64,000 bases of DNA. Origin: a bacterium (GTDB lineage Bacteria; Bacteroidota; Bacteroidia; NS11-12g; UBA9320). The stretch covers positions 72,806-136,805 of the forward strand of contig JAAEYY010000006.1 of NCBI GenBank assembly GCA_018223105.1, written 5' to 3'. Below the pieces are notes generated by a model that ran no database searches, was not told the DNA's origin, and was given only the letters and a program-made list of their open reading frames with translations. Of this stretch, positions 49,959 through 60,637 are shown piece after piece. Numbering within the stretch: the stretch's first letter is position 1; each line of letters starts with the position of its first letter. The position numbers and the translations under genes were made by a program.

Positions 49959-52900
49959 ATGCCAAGTTTTTCACATCTACACTGTCACAGTCAATTTAGT
50001 TTACTCGATGGAGCAGCTCGTATTGAGGATATGTTTCTCAAAGCTAAGAACGATAACATGCGCGCGGTTGCACTTACTGATCATGGCAACATGTTCGGCG
50101 TATATAAATTCGTAAATGAAGGTTTAAAGCAAAATGTTAAACCTATTGTAGGTTGTGAGTTTTATGTAGTTGAAGATCGACACAGAAAATCATTTATCGG
50201 CGATACGAAAGACCACAGGTATCATCAGTTGATTCTGGCTAAGAATCAGGAAGGCTACCAAAACTTGGCTAAACTTTGTTCGCTTGGATTTACGGAAGGG
50301 ATGTACTCTAAGTGGCCGCGAATTGACAAGGAATTACTCAGAAAATTCAGTAAAGGCTTAATCGCAACCTCTTGTTGTATTGGTGCGGAAATACCACAAG
50401 CTATTTTACATAAAGGCGAAGAGGAAGCGGAAAAACTAGTAAAAGAATACATCGAAATATTTGGCGATAATTATTATATCGAACTTCAAAGGCACGGTAT
50501 TGAGAATATTGATGGAACCGGAATGAGTCAGGAGGCGGTGAACCAGGTTCTGATAAAATTTGCCAATAAGTACGATCTAAAAGTTATTGCAACTAACGAT
50601 TCACATTACGTTGAAGAAGATGACTGGAATGCCCATGATATCCTTCTTTGCGTAAATACAGGCTCCAAGCAATCTGAACCTATCGGAGACGGGAAAGGAT
50701 TTCGTTTTGGGTTTCCTAATCATGAATTTTTCTTCAAAACTCAAGAGGAAATGGGGCGCATTTTTGCCGACATCCCGGAAGCCCTCGACAATACCAACAT
50801 TATTGTTGATTCCATAGAAACACCACAATTGTCGCGAGATGTTTTACTTCCTAACTATACCCTGCCGGCAGGGTTCACTACTCAGATTGAGTATTTGCGA
50901 TATTTAACCTTTGAGGGTGCAAGAAAGCGTTACGGAGCCATAACTGCAGAGATTGAAGAACGCCTAAACTTTGAATTAAAGGTTATTGAAGATTCGGGAT
51001 ATCCGGGCTACTTCTTAATTGTTCAAGATTTTACATCGGTTGCAAGAACCATGGGAGTTTGGGTTGGTCCCGGCCGTGGCTCTGCAGCAGGTTCTGTGGT
51101 AGCATATGCTTTGGGAATTACCAATGTGGATCCGATAGCATATAATCTACTTTTTGAGCGTTTTCTGAATCCGGAAAGGGTTTCTATGCCCGATATTGAT
51201 ATTGATTTTGATGATGATGGTCGACAAAAAGTAATTGACTACGTACTCGACAAATACGGCGAGCAACAAGTTGCTCAGATTGTTACCTATGGTTCAATGG
51301 CAGCGCGATCCTCACTTCGGGATGTTGGCCGTGTACTGGATGTACCTCTTCCGGTGGTAGATAAGGTTGCGAAAACCTTTCCAAATCATCTTAAAGCAAC
51401 ACTTCAAAAGGTACTTCACGCCGAAGGTGTGGAAGAAAAGCTAAAGTCTGATTTTAACTCAGAACAACTGCATAGTGCCGAAGAGTTTCGAGCCCTCGCA
51501 TCAAAAGAAGATGAAGTAGGACAGATGATTCGAACTGCGGCTAAACTTGAAGGCTCTGTTCGTAATACCGGAATCCACGCTTGTGGGGTTATTATTACTC
51601 CGGATGAAATCACGAATTATATCCCGGTTACAAAATCGAAAGATAGTGGGCTCTTGGTTACCCAGTTCGATAACTCAGTAGTTGAGAATGCAGGGTTGCT
51701 AAAAATGGATTTCTTGGGACTTAAAACCCTGAGTATTATAAAATCTGCTGTAGAACTAGTGAAGGAAAAGCACAATGTAGATATAGTGCCGGATGATATT
51801 CCATTAGATGATGCCAAAACACTTCAATTATTTGCCAAGGGTGAAACCAATGGAATCTTCCAGTTTGAATCACCCGGTATGCAGAAGAACTTAAAGGCAT
51901 TGGTTCCGGATAAGTTTGATGATCTAATCGCCATGAACGCTTTGTATCGTCCCGGACCAATGGAGTACATCAAAAACTTTATTGCTCGTAAACACGGAAG
52001 AGAAGAAATAAAATACGATCTGCCTGAAATGGAAGAGTATCTGGCAGAAACGTATGGAATTACAGTATATCAGGAGCAGGTGATGCTACTTTCTCAAAAA
52101 CTTGCCGGCTTCACCAAGGGGCAGGCAGATTCGTTGCGAAAAGCAATGGGTAAGAAGAAGAAGGAGGAGATGGACAAGCTTCTGGATATCTATTTGAGCC
52201 AAGGAAAAGATTTAGGTCACCCCGAGGATGTTCTTAAGAAAATCTGGAAAGATTGGGAAGCCTTTGCTTCATACGCCTTCAATAAATCACACTCTACCTG
52301 TTATGCATATCTCGCATTTCATACCGGATATCTCAAAGCTCACTATCCGGCAGAATTTATGGCATCAGTGCTAACGCACAACATGAACGACATTAAGAAG
52401 GTGAGTTTCTTTATGGATGAATGTAAGCGCCAGAATATTGATATACTCGGTCCTGATGTAAACGAAAGTGCCATCAAGTTCAGTGTTAATCACGAAGGCG
52501 CAATCCGTTTTGGCTTGGCGGCGATTAAAGGAGTAGGGGAGTCTGCAGCTGCAGAAATTTTGAGGGAAAGAACAGAGAACGGTACCTATAGCTCAATCTA
52601 CGATCTAACGCACAGACTAAACCAAAGAGCAGTTAATAAGAAGGCTTTGGAGAATCTAGCAATTGCAGGAGCATTTGACACATTTGGAATTAACAGATCT
52701 GCCTATATAGAAGAAGTTGACGGAAGCACAGGCCTAGAGAAAGCGATCAAATTTGGCGCTCGGGTGCAAGCCCAGGCCAATAGCGCTCAAGCATCGTTAT
52801 TTGGAGGATCGAGTGAGTCTGATTTAACAACGCCGGAATTACCTAAAATGGAACCCTGGAGTTTACTCGAACGGCTTCACAGAGAGAAAGAACTCATTGG

Positions 52901-53498
52901 AGTCTATATCAGCGGGCATCCACTCAATAAATTCAAATTCGAAATAGAATATATTGCTACTCATTCACTTCAAGAATTGGAGCAGCTCAATCTGCAATTA
53001 CTGGATAAGGAGATCCTAATTGCCGGACTCGTTACAAAGACCAGGGAAGCGGTTACAAAAACTGGAAAACCCTTTATTATTTTCACTATTGAGGATTTCT
53101 CAGGAAGCAGGGAGTTTGCACTATTCGGCGAGAAATGTGCATCTTTCAAAGGCTATATAGAACCTAATGCCCAAATCTATATCAAGGGAAAGGGAGAGAG
53201 GGCCTATAGAGATGAAAGTATGTTGGAGGTGAATGTTACTAACATCATGTTTTTGGAAGATTTAGTTGAAAATGAGTTGAAGTCGCTCACAATAAATCTC
53301 CCGGTTGAAAAAATAGATGAAGGTCTAATGATGGATCTATTTGATCTTTCAGACGAACGAGGTAAAATCCAATTACTGTTTCGAATTATGACCCGTGATA
53401 AGCTGATTTCTGCTGCATCAAGAAAGTATAAACTGCGCCTTGATGAGATGACAAAACAGAAATTACAAAGCCTCGATCTCAGCTTTAGGCTGAACTAA
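49959..53498 (+). CDS. dnaE: DNA polymerase III subunit alpha
   Basis: The PHP domain begins MPSFSHLHCHSQFSLLDGAA. The track start at 49842 is an upstream over-extension. Confidence 0.95.
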   Translation: MPSFSHLHCHSQFSLLDGAARIEDMFLKAKNDNMRAVALTDHGNMFGVYKFVNEGLKQNVKPIVGCEFYVVEDRHRKSFIGDTKDHRYHQLILAKNQEGYQNLAKLCSLGFTEGMYSKWPRIDKELLRKFSKGLIATSCCIGAEIPQAILHKGEEEAEKLVKEYIEIFGDNYYIELQRHGIENIDGTGMSQEAVNQVLIKFANKYDLKVIATNDSHYVEEDDWNAHDILLCVNTGSKQSEPIGDGKGFRFGFPNHEFFFKTQEEMGRIFADIPEALDNTNIIVDSIETPQLSRDVLLPNYTLPAGFTTQIEYLRYLTFEGARKRYGAITAEIEERLNFELKVIEDSGYPGYFLIVQDFTSVARTMGVWVGPGRGSAAGSVVAYALGITNVDPIAYNLLFERFLNPERVSMPDIDIDFDDDGRQKVIDYVLDKYGEQQVAQIVTYGSMAARSSLRDVGRVLDVPLPVVDKVAKTFPNHLKATLQKVLHAEGVEEKLKSDFNSEQLHSAEEFRALASKEDEVGQMIRTAAKLEGSVRNTGIHACGVIITPDEITNYIPVTKSKDSGLLVTQFDNSVVENAGLLKMDFLGLKTLSIIKSAVELVKEKHNVDIVPDDIPLDDAKTLQLFAKGETNGIFQFESPGMQKNLKALVPDKFDDLIAMNALYRPGPMEYIKNFIARKHGREEIKYDLPEMEEYLAETYGITVYQEQVMLLSQKLAGFTKGQADSLRKAMGKKKKEEMDKLLDIYLSQGKDLGHPEDVLKKIWKDWEAFASYAFNKSHSTCYAYLAFHTGYLKAHYPAEFMASVLTHNMNDIKKVSFFMDECKRQNIDILGPDVNESAIKFSVNHEGAIRFGLAAIKGVGESAAAEILRERTENGTYSSIYDLTHRLNQRAVNKKALENLAIAGAFDTFGINRSAYIEEVDGSTGLEKAIKFGARVQAQANSAQASLFGGSSESDLTTPELPKMEPWSLLERLHREKELIGVYISGHPLNKFKFEIEYIATHSLQELEQLNLQLLDKEILIAGLVTKTREAVTKTGKPFIIFTIEDFSGSREFALFGEKCASFKGYIEPNAQIYIKGKGERAYRDESMLEVNVTNIMFLEDLVENELKSLTINLPVEKIDEGLMMDLFDLSDERGKIQLLFRIMTRDKLISAASRKYKLRLDEMTKQKLQSLDLSFRLN

Positions 53499-53581
53499 AA
53501 AGACGCATTTTTCAGTTCTAAGCGCATTATAGTTCAAATAATTTATGTTATTTTTACAAAGAACTAATACGCTGTTATTTT

Positions 53582-54403
53582 ATGGATAAAGAAAAGGCTT
53601 TCAAAAAAATTCTCGTTGCCTTTGATAATTCTGAGTCGTCTCGGAAGGCAATGCAAAAGGCTTGTGACATAGCCGAAAAATTTAATTCAAGTATCACCGC
53701 ACTTTTTGTAACTACCGATGCCAACAAGCAATTTGAAGATGCTAAGACATTTTTAGAGCAATTTTCAACGGCTAAAGGAATTGAAGTTGAGATCGAAGAG
53801 ATGAAAGGGGGTAAGGTTTACGAGCAAGTAATTAAAATGGAAAAGTCGGGTGCTTTCCAGCTTATTCTCATTGGAGCTCATGGTAAAAGTGGGTTTATCC
53901 AATCCTGGATCGGAAGTAATGCATTTAGGGTTGTAAGCTCGTCAAATTGTCCTGTTATTACAATTCAGGAGCATACAAGTGAAAGTACCTTTAAAAACAT
54001 TGTAGTGCCTTTGGCTGATTCTAATACTACGCGGCAAAAAGTGCCTTATGCTGCAGTTTTAGCTCAAGCATTAGGAGCAACTTTGCACATTTTTGGCGTA
54101 AGTAAATCCGACAGTAATGATGCAGTTAACCATGTTACCGCATATGTTAGACAAACGGAGCGTTACTTTATGGAGCGAAACATAAAGTATACCGTAGATT
54201 CTGCTTTTGGAGTGAAAGTACCGGAAGCATGCATTGAACATGCAAAGAAAGTGGATGCAGGTTTGTTGCTGATTATGACAGAAACTGAAAGTGCCGGTGT
54301 GTTTATGGACAGCTATTCACAACAACTAGTGAATACTAGCCCTATACCGGTTATGTCTATTCACTCTAGAGATACTATGCTCACAGGAGCAGCAGGATAT
54401 TAA
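53582..54403 (+). CDS. Universal stress protein (tandem UspA domains)
   Basis: Two UspA-like halves are present (ILVAFDNSESS...; LILIGAHGKSG). Confidence 0.8.
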   Translation: MDKEKAFKKILVAFDNSESSRKAMQKACDIAEKFNSSITALFVTTDANKQFEDAKTFLEQFSTAKGIEVEIEEMKGGKVYEQVIKMEKSGAFQLILIGAHGKSGFIQSWIGSNAFRVVSSSNCPVITIQEHTSESTFKNIVVPLADSNTTRQKVPYAAVLAQALGATLHIFGVSKSDSNDAVNHVTAYVRQTERYFMERNIKYTVDSAFGVKVPEACIEHAKKVDAGLLLIMTETESAGVFMDSYSQQLVNTSPIPVMSIHSRDTMLTGAAGY

Positions 54404-55174
54404 TTATAATCCTTTATTCCGGATAATTACTCCGGCAGCAGGTTGCGCTTTTGGCATAATGATGAGCTCATTGATGTTAACATGTGCAGGTCTGCTAATG
54501 ATGTACCAGATCGCGTCGGCAATGTCTTCAGCAACCAGATTTTCAAAACCTTCATAGACTTTGCCGGCTCGTTCCTCATCACCATCCATCCTTACAATAC
54601 TAAATTCTGTTTCAACTGCTCCCGGATTTACACTGCTAACTTTAATGTTAAATTCCGCTAGCTCTCTGCGCATAGATTTATTCAGGGCATCAACCATATG
54701 TTTTGTGCCGCAATAAACATTTCCATTGGGGTAAACCTCTTTGCCTGCTATTGAACCGACGTTCACAATATGTGGATTTGCGGTTTTCTTCATCAGAGGA
54801 ATTAAGGTCTTGCTCATGTATAACAGACCTTTGATATTGGTGTCTATCATTCGGTTCCAATGATCAATATCTCCATTCTCAATATTGTCTAAACCTGCAG
54901 CTAGCCCAGCATTATTTACCAGAACCTCAATATTCTTCCATTCATCAGGTAAAGCCAAAACAGATGCTTTCACTTCTTCGTAATCTCTAATGTCTATTGG
55001 CATAATTACACTTGCGGTGCCATACTCAGATGCTAGTATCGTTGCCAATTCCTCCAGGCGATCTCTTCTTCTGCCGTTTAAAATTAGATTAAAACCTTGT
55101 TGTGCGAGTAATTCAGCAGTTGCTTTACCTATGCCGGCAGTAGCGCCGGTAATTAATGCGATTTTCTTAGCCAT
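54404..55174 (-). CDS. SDR family oxidoreductase
   Basis: MAKKIALITGATAGIGKATAELL, NNAG and the Y..K catalytic region are present. The true start is ATG 55174; the track start 55306 over-extends. Confidence 0.8.
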   Translation of the reverse strand: MAKKIALITGATAGIGKATAELLAQQGFNLILNGRRRDRLEELATILASEYGTASVIMPIDIRDYEEVKASVLALPDEWKNIEVLVNNAGLAAGLDNIENGDIDHWNRMIDTNIKGLLYMSKTLIPLMKKTANPHIVNVGSIAGKEVYPNGNVYCGTKHMVDALNKSMRRELAEFNIKVSSVNPGAVETEFSIVRMDGDEERAGKVYEGFENLVAEDIADAIWYIISRPAHVNINELIIMPKAQPAAGVIIRNKGL

Positions 55175-55748
55175 GCGGCGAAGATATGAAATATGGTCTA
55201 TTGGGATTTTTTCGATAAAATATCTCTTGATCAATTCGGTAATACAATGAATCCGGAATTCCTTCACAGATATCCTCTTTCCAAAATTCCATACCGCATT
55301 TTTCAATCACCTTAACTGAAGCAATATTGTGTTTTGATGTTCTTCCTAGGACTTCACCTAATTCAAGCACAGAAAAACCATAATCTAAACAGGCTAGTGC
55401 AGCTTCAGATGCATACCCCTGATTCCAGTATTTACGGTGGTATCTATAACCTAAATCTATGCTCTGATCTGAATGTCTCTTAAATCCGCAAAAACCCAAG
55501 GTTTCTTGTGAAGAAAGAGAATCTACCATAAACCTACCCAAACCTTTATTTCGATATAATTTCACATAAGAACGAATAAATTCTCGGGCCTCCTCTTGAG
55601 AAGAAAAAGGAAAATCACCGGTGTATCTTAATACTTCAGGGTCCTGATTTAACATGTAGAATCCTTCTGCATCTTTGTTTGGGTCCATATATCGAAACCC
55701 CATCCTCGAACTTTTAAAAATGTAGCACACTATTAAGATTGATATCAA
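55167..55748 (-). CDS. GNAT family N-acetyltransferase (RimJ/RimL-like)
   Basis: The region RHSDQSIDLGYRYHRKYWNQGYASEA is an acetyl-CoA-binding motif A-like region. It overlaps the downstream SDR by 8 nt. Confidence 0.7.
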   Translation of the reverse strand: MISILIVCYIFKSSRMGFRYMDPNKDAEGFYMLNQDPEVLRYTGDFPFSSQEEAREFIRSYVKLYRNKGLGRFMVDSLSSQETLGFCGFKRHSDQSIDLGYRYHRKYWNQGYASEAALACLDYGFSVLELGEVLGRTSKHNIASVKVIEKCGMEFWKEDICEGIPDSLYYRIDQEIFYRKNPNRPYFISSPHG

Positions 55749-55793
55749 ATTTACAATCCTGCAATGATCAAGCTAGAATTTTCTTAAACTTGT

Positions 55794-56150
55794 ATGATGA
55801 CAGCATTGAAAAAGCTAGAGAATCACTTTGAATTAAGTATGGATGTGAGTACTCTAAATGCTTTAGACAAATCCGATGCAGAAAAACTTATAGATTCTTG
55901 CAAGGATTTACCTTTTCTTTTGATTTCCATAAATAACCCGGATCAGTATTTATCTATAAATGTTGAAGTATTAAATCATTTAAATGATTTGATTGTTGAA
56001 TTCAATGGAGCTTTGGTTGTTGTTCTAGATAAGGAAGATACCAAAGAGATAGACTGGAATATAAATATTGTACCTTCCTATGATGAAGGTGTAGATTTTA
56101 TTTATATGGAAAAGCTAGAAAAGGAATTACTCGACGGATTTGGAGAATAG
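55794..56150 (+). CDS. Hypothetical small acidic protein, overlapping rnz by 11 nt
   Basis: The 118-aa ORF has no recognisable motif. Its location suggests translational coupling to RNase Z. Confidence 0.4.
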   Translation: MMTALKKLENHFELSMDVSTLNALDKSDAEKLIDSCKDLPFLLISINNPDQYLSINVEVLNHLNDLIVEFNGALVVVLDKEDTKEIDWNINIVPSYDEGVDFIYMEKLEKELLDGFGE

Positions 56151-57048
56151 AAGTTTACATATCTTAGGCAGCAGTGCTGCAGTGCCTACAAAAGACCGAT
56201 GGCATACAGCTCAGGTTTTAGAGATGGGTCAGTATAAATTTTTGTTGGACTGTGGTGAAGGGACACAATATCAGCTCATTCGCTACGGTGTTAAATACAA
56301 TAAAATTCAAGCCATATTCATCTCTCATCTTCACGGAGATCATTTTCTCGGTATTTTTGGTCTTCTCAATTCGATGTCCTTAGGAGGCCGTAACAAGCCT
56401 TTAACAGTTTATGGTCCAGAAGGCTTGCAAGCGCTTGTAGAAAATCATTTAGAGACTACAGGATCCAAACCTGAATATGAATTAAACTGGGTTACTCTTA
56501 AAGATCAACCTGAAATGTTGATTGACGAAAAAGACTTAGAGGTTTGGTCTCACCCGGTGCAACATCGAGTGCCATGTTTTGCTTTTAAATTTATTCACGG
56601 TAATAAACAGAGAAACCTAAATGTAGAAGCTTGCCTTGAGCATGAAATACCGGTGGATTGGTATCCAAAGATTAAAGAAGGTGAAGATTATGTGAAAGGG
56701 GATGTGAGGATAAGAAACGAGGAATTAAGCTATGATCCTAAACCCGGCGTCTCTTACACATTTGTTACAGACACTCTGTACTCCGAAGCATTAATTCCAT
56801 TTGCTTATGAATCAACCTGGATGTATCACGAATCCACTTTTTTACACGAGGAAGTTGAAAGAGCACATGCAACGTTCCATAGCACTGCACAAGAGGCCGG
56901 AATGTTTGGAGCATTAGCTAAAGTGAAGCATCTTATTCTCGGGCATTTCTCATCCAGATACCTTTATTTGGAAGATCATAAGAAGGAAGCAGAACAATTT
57001 ATGAAACCTGTTTTTCTTGGACTCGATGGTCAAAAATTCAACTTATAG
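56140..57048 (+). CDS. rnz: Ribonuclease Z (tRNA 3' endonuclease, MBL fold)
   Basis: The motif HLHGDHFLG is HxHxDH. It has the N-terminal LHILGSSAAVPT and is 302 aa. Confidence 0.8.
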   Translation: MENRSLHILGSSAAVPTKDRWHTAQVLEMGQYKFLLDCGEGTQYQLIRYGVKYNKIQAIFISHLHGDHFLGIFGLLNSMSLGGRNKPLTVYGPEGLQALVENHLETTGSKPEYELNWVTLKDQPEMLIDEKDLEVWSHPVQHRVPCFAFKFIHGNKQRNLNVEACLEHEIPVDWYPKIKEGEDYVKGDVRIRNEELSYDPKPGVSYTFVTDTLYSEALIPFAYESTWMYHESTFLHEEVERAHATFHSTAQEAGMFGALAKVKHLILGHFSSRYLYLEDHKKEAEQFMKPVFLGLDGQKFNL

Positions 57049-57120
57049 TACACTTCTTTCCAATTGTAGATAAACCCCTGTAAAATCAGAAGGTGCAGAT
57101 TTAAATTTGAGCACTTTAGG

Positions 57121-59496
57121 ATGGGTTTGTTCAGCAAGAAGACAAAGAAGAAAAAAACAGCCAAGAAAAAGGCAGCTAACACCGAGTTTAGGGATAAGAT
57201 AGTAGGGAGTGCAATTCTGCTTTTTACTGTTTTTATTTTCCTGGCATCAATTAGCTATATGTTTTCATGGAAGGCAGATCAAAGTGTGTTGAATGCCAGA
57301 TTGAATGAATTCTTGTTTGACTTTCAAGGGACAGAAACCCAAAACTTTATGGGGAAAATTGGGGCTTGGCTTGCACATCTCATGATCTACAATGGATTTG
57401 GCCTTGGCGCATTTTTACTCTATCCAATACTTTTCCTTTTTGGAATCAATGTATATTTCAAGCAGCAGTACGGTTTAAAAATAAAAACGGTTAGCAAGTA
57501 TCTCATTTCCGCGATATGGCTTTCCATGGCTTGCGCAGTTCTGTCGTTTGGCAAAGTTCCGATTCTCTCAGGCTTAATGGGCTATGGTATTTTCATGTTT
57601 TCAAAATCTTTGATTGGCTTGATTGGGGTCATTATGGTTTTGGCATTGGTTACCATTCTATTTGCCTATGTGGCTTTTGGTGTAGATTTGCTTAAAGCAT
57701 TTAAGTCTAAACCAAAACCGGATAAAGTGACAAGTGCACATGGAGAGGTTGACGATGACAATGACTATGTAGTTCCGCCGGAAGAGACATTATTTGAGAA
57801 GGATCAAATTGAAGTGGTGGAAGATGAATCTGATGCTGAACCTGAATCCGCGGGAATAGATTTGAGTACGGATGTTCCCCTTGCCGAAGATGAACCTGAA
57901 GACAATCTGGAACTTCAGATTGAGGAGCAAAAAGAAGAAGAGGAGGAGGATGATCCGTCTCCCGAGAAAGAGCATTACGGCATAGATCAACAGTACGACC
58001 CTACCTTAGATCTCAGGGACTATAAATTTCCTAAACTTGAGTTTCTAAATGATTACGGTAGTTCCAATAAGACGGAAGTAACTAAAGACGATCTGGAGAA
58101 AAGCAAGAACATGATTGTTCAAACGCTTGAGAATTACAAAATAGCGATTTCACAGATTAAAGCTACCATTGGTCCAACCGTTACACTTTTTGAAATTGTG
58201 CCTGAAAAGGGCGTGCGTATTTCGAAGATTAAAAACCTGGAAGATGATATTGCCTTGAGCTTAGCCGCATTGGGTATTCGAATTATTGCACCAATCCCCG
58301 GTAAGGGGACTATCGGTATTGAGGTGCCGAATAAGAAACCGGAGATTGTGAGTATGCATTCGATGATTGCGAGTTCTAAGTACAACAATACTAAAATGGA
58401 GCTTCCGGTCTGCCTTGGTAAAACCATTGCCAACGAAGTATACCTGGCAGATCTTACAAAGATGCCTCACTTACTTATGGCAGGTGCAACAGGTCAGGGT
58501 AAATCGGTAGGCTTAAACGCAATTATCGTTTCTCTCCTCTACAAGAAACATCCCGCCGAATTGAAATTTGTAATGGTGGATCCAAAGAAAGTGGAGTTAA
58601 CGCTATTCAATAATATTGAACGTCATTATTTGGCGAAACTCCCCGGAGAAGCGGATGCGATTATTACGGATAATAAGCAGGTTATAACTACGCTTAACTC
58701 TTTGTGTGTGGAGATGGATCAGAGATACGAGCTTTTACAAAACGCCTTAGTGAGAAACATTAAGGAGTACAATGTGAAGTTCATGAATCGAAAACTTAAT
58801 CCGGAAGACGGACATCGTTTCTTGCCATATATAGTAGTAGTAATTGACGAGGTGGCGGATTTGATTATGACAGCGGGAAAAGAAGTGGAACATCCAATAG
58901 CTAGATTGGCACAACTTGCACGAGCCATCGGTATTCACTTAATCCTGGCAACTCAAAGACCATCTGTGAACATCATAACCGGTACAATCAAGGCGAACTT
59001 CCCGGCGAGAGTTGCTTTCAGGGTTTCATCTAAAATAGATTCAAGAACTATTTTGGATACCAATGGCGCTGATCAATTGATTGGTAAAGGAGATATGCTT
59101 TACTCAACCGGTTCTGAGATTGTACGCTTACAGTGTCCTTTTGTAGACACACCCGAAGTATCGGAAATTACAGACTTCATAGGTGCTCAAAGAGGATATC
59201 CGGATGCATTTATTCTCCCTGAAGTGAGAGATGAAGAAGGTGGAGAGTCCGAAGGCTTTGATCCTTCAGACCGCGATGCACTCTTCGAAGATGCCGCTAG
59301 AATTGTAGTTCAAAACCAGCAGGGTAGTACTTCTTTACTTCAAAGACGACTCAAAGTAGGATATAATCGGGCAGGTCGCTTGATTGATCAGTTAGAAGCA
59401 GCTAATATTGTAGGTCCGTTCGAAGGCAGCAAAGCGAGAAGTGTTTTATTACCCGACGAATATGCCTTGGAACAGTTTTTGTCTACTTTAAACTAG
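57121..59496 (+). CDS. ftsK: DNA translocase FtsK
   Basis: It has an N-terminal transmembrane region, an acidic linker, a RecA-like motor (Walker A GATGQGKS) and a C-terminal gamma domain. Confidence 0.9.
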   Translation: MGLFSKKTKKKKTAKKKAANTEFRDKIVGSAILLFTVFIFLASISYMFSWKADQSVLNARLNEFLFDFQGTETQNFMGKIGAWLAHLMIYNGFGLGAFLLYPILFLFGINVYFKQQYGLKIKTVSKYLISAIWLSMACAVLSFGKVPILSGLMGYGIFMFSKSLIGLIGVIMVLALVTILFAYVAFGVDLLKAFKSKPKPDKVTSAHGEVDDDNDYVVPPEETLFEKDQIEVVEDESDAEPESAGIDLSTDVPLAEDEPEDNLELQIEEQKEEEEEDDPSPEKEHYGIDQQYDPTLDLRDYKFPKLEFLNDYGSSNKTEVTKDDLEKSKNMIVQTLENYKIAISQIKATIGPTVTLFEIVPEKGVRISKIKNLEDDIALSLAALGIRIIAPIPGKGTIGIEVPNKKPEIVSMHSMIASSKYNNTKMELPVCLGKTIANEVYLADLTKMPHLLMAGATGQGKSVGLNAIIVSLLYKKHPAELKFVMVDPKKVELTLFNNIERHYLAKLPGEADAIITDNKQVITTLNSLCVEMDQRYELLQNALVRNIKEYNVKFMNRKLNPEDGHRFLPYIVVVIDEVADLIMTAGKEVEHPIARLAQLARAIGIHLILATQRPSVNIITGTIKANFPARVAFRVSSKIDSRTILDTNGADQLIGKGDMLYSTGSEIVRLQCPFVDTPEVSEITDFIGAQRGYPDAFILPEVRDEEGGESEGFDPSDRDALFEDAARIVVQNQQGSTSLLQRRLKVGYNRAGRLIDQLEAANIVGPFEGSKARSVLLPDEYALEQFLSTLN

Positions 59497-59499
59497 ATC

Positions 59500-60165
59500 A
59501 TGAAAAAACTGAAACTTACAATGTTTGCACTGGGAATTTTGGCAATGATAGCTGTATTACCTTTACAGTCTATTTCCGAGTCTCAGGATAGCAGAAGTAC
59601 TGAAATACTCAATAAAGTAAGTCGTACCTACAAAAACTACAAGTCGATAAAAGCAGGCTTTACGATTGAAGTAAATAACAAAGCATCACAATCTTCGGTA
59701 AAGCAATCCGGAACACTTTACGTGAAAGGAAAGAAATTTCGTGTAAATATGTCAGGTCAGGAAATATACTGCGATGGCAAAACTATTTGGACCTATCTCA
59801 AAGATGCCAATGAGGTTCAGATTACGAAATACGACGAAAAGACCATGGAGATTAACCCTTCAGAAATCTTCACTATCTACCAGAAAGGGTTTTTACATAA
59901 ATACGCCGGACAGAAAACTGTAAATTCTAAAAACTGCGATGTAATCGAACTCACACCTGAAGACAAATCTAAACCTTATTTTAAGGTTAAGCTGGCTGTG
60001 GATGGTGTCGCTAATAAAGTAGAAGAGATGGAGATTTACAGCAAGAATGGAGTTACTACAAAGTATAAGATTACTTCATTCAGAGGAAATGTAGATATCA
60101 ACGATAATTTCTTCAAGTTCGATCCTAAACTGAAGCCTGGAGTTATTGAAATAGATCTTAGATAG
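59500..60165 (+). CDS. LolA-like outer-membrane lipoprotein carrier protein
   Basis: It has a signal peptide and is about 221 aa. Its position immediately after ftsK is conserved in Bacteroidota. Confidence 0.65.
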   Translation: MKKLKLTMFALGILAMIAVLPLQSISESQDSRSTEILNKVSRTYKNYKSIKAGFTIEVNNKASQSSVKQSGTLYVKGKKFRVNMSGQEIYCDGKTIWTYLKDANEVQITKYDEKTMEINPSEIFTIYQKGFLHKYAGQKTVNSKNCDVIELTPEDKSKPYFKVKLAVDGVANKVEEMEIYSKNGVTTKYKITSFRGNVDINDNFFKFDPKLKPGVIEIDLR

Positions 60166-60166
60166 T

Positions 60167-60637
60167 ATGCTGAGATTCTCTTTTTATTTACTTACAACTC
60201 TCATCTTCCTAGCTTGCGGTAATTCGAACCAAATTTCTCGAAGAGCGATGAAGCATGTTTATATGGAGGTTCAAACCTATCCGTGCTTTGGAGCTTGTCC
60301 TATTTATAAAATACAAGTGTTGCCCGGAGGCGAAATGTTGAAAGAAGCCATTCGCTTTAATAAAGATAGTGGTTCTTTCAAAGGGCAACTCAGTGAAGAA
60401 GCTCACCGCGAACTAGCTACAATGTATCACAATGCAAAATGGACTGAGTATGAAGGTTCTTATAAATCCGGATATACCGACTTAGCATTAACCACATTGC
60501 GATACTCTGAGGAGCCTGGAGATACTTTTAAAGTAACATTTGAATTAGAGGCTGCTCCAAGCGAATTAAAAGATATTGCTTTACACATGGACAGTCTTAG
60601 AAGACGAGCTGAGTGGAAAAGCACTATGAATTATTAA
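60167..60637 (+). CDS. Hypothetical lipoprotein with a CFGxCP motif
   Basis: It has a lipobox (LIFLACGNS) and YPCFGACPIY. It is about 156 aa. Confidence 0.5.
   Translation: MLRFSFYLLTTLIFLACGNSNQISRRAMKHVYMEVQTYPCFGACPIYKIQVLPGGEMLKEAIRFNKDSGSFKGQLSEEAHRELATMYHNAKWTEYEGSYKSGYTDLALTTLRYSEEPGDTFKVTFELEAAPSELKDIALHMDSLRRRAEWKSTMNY

Noticed and set aside
55175-55306. 5' extension of the SDR ORF (track start 55306)
   Set aside because: The SDR N-terminus MAKKIALITGATAGIG begins at ATG 55174. The extension is read from inside the upstream GNAT gene.
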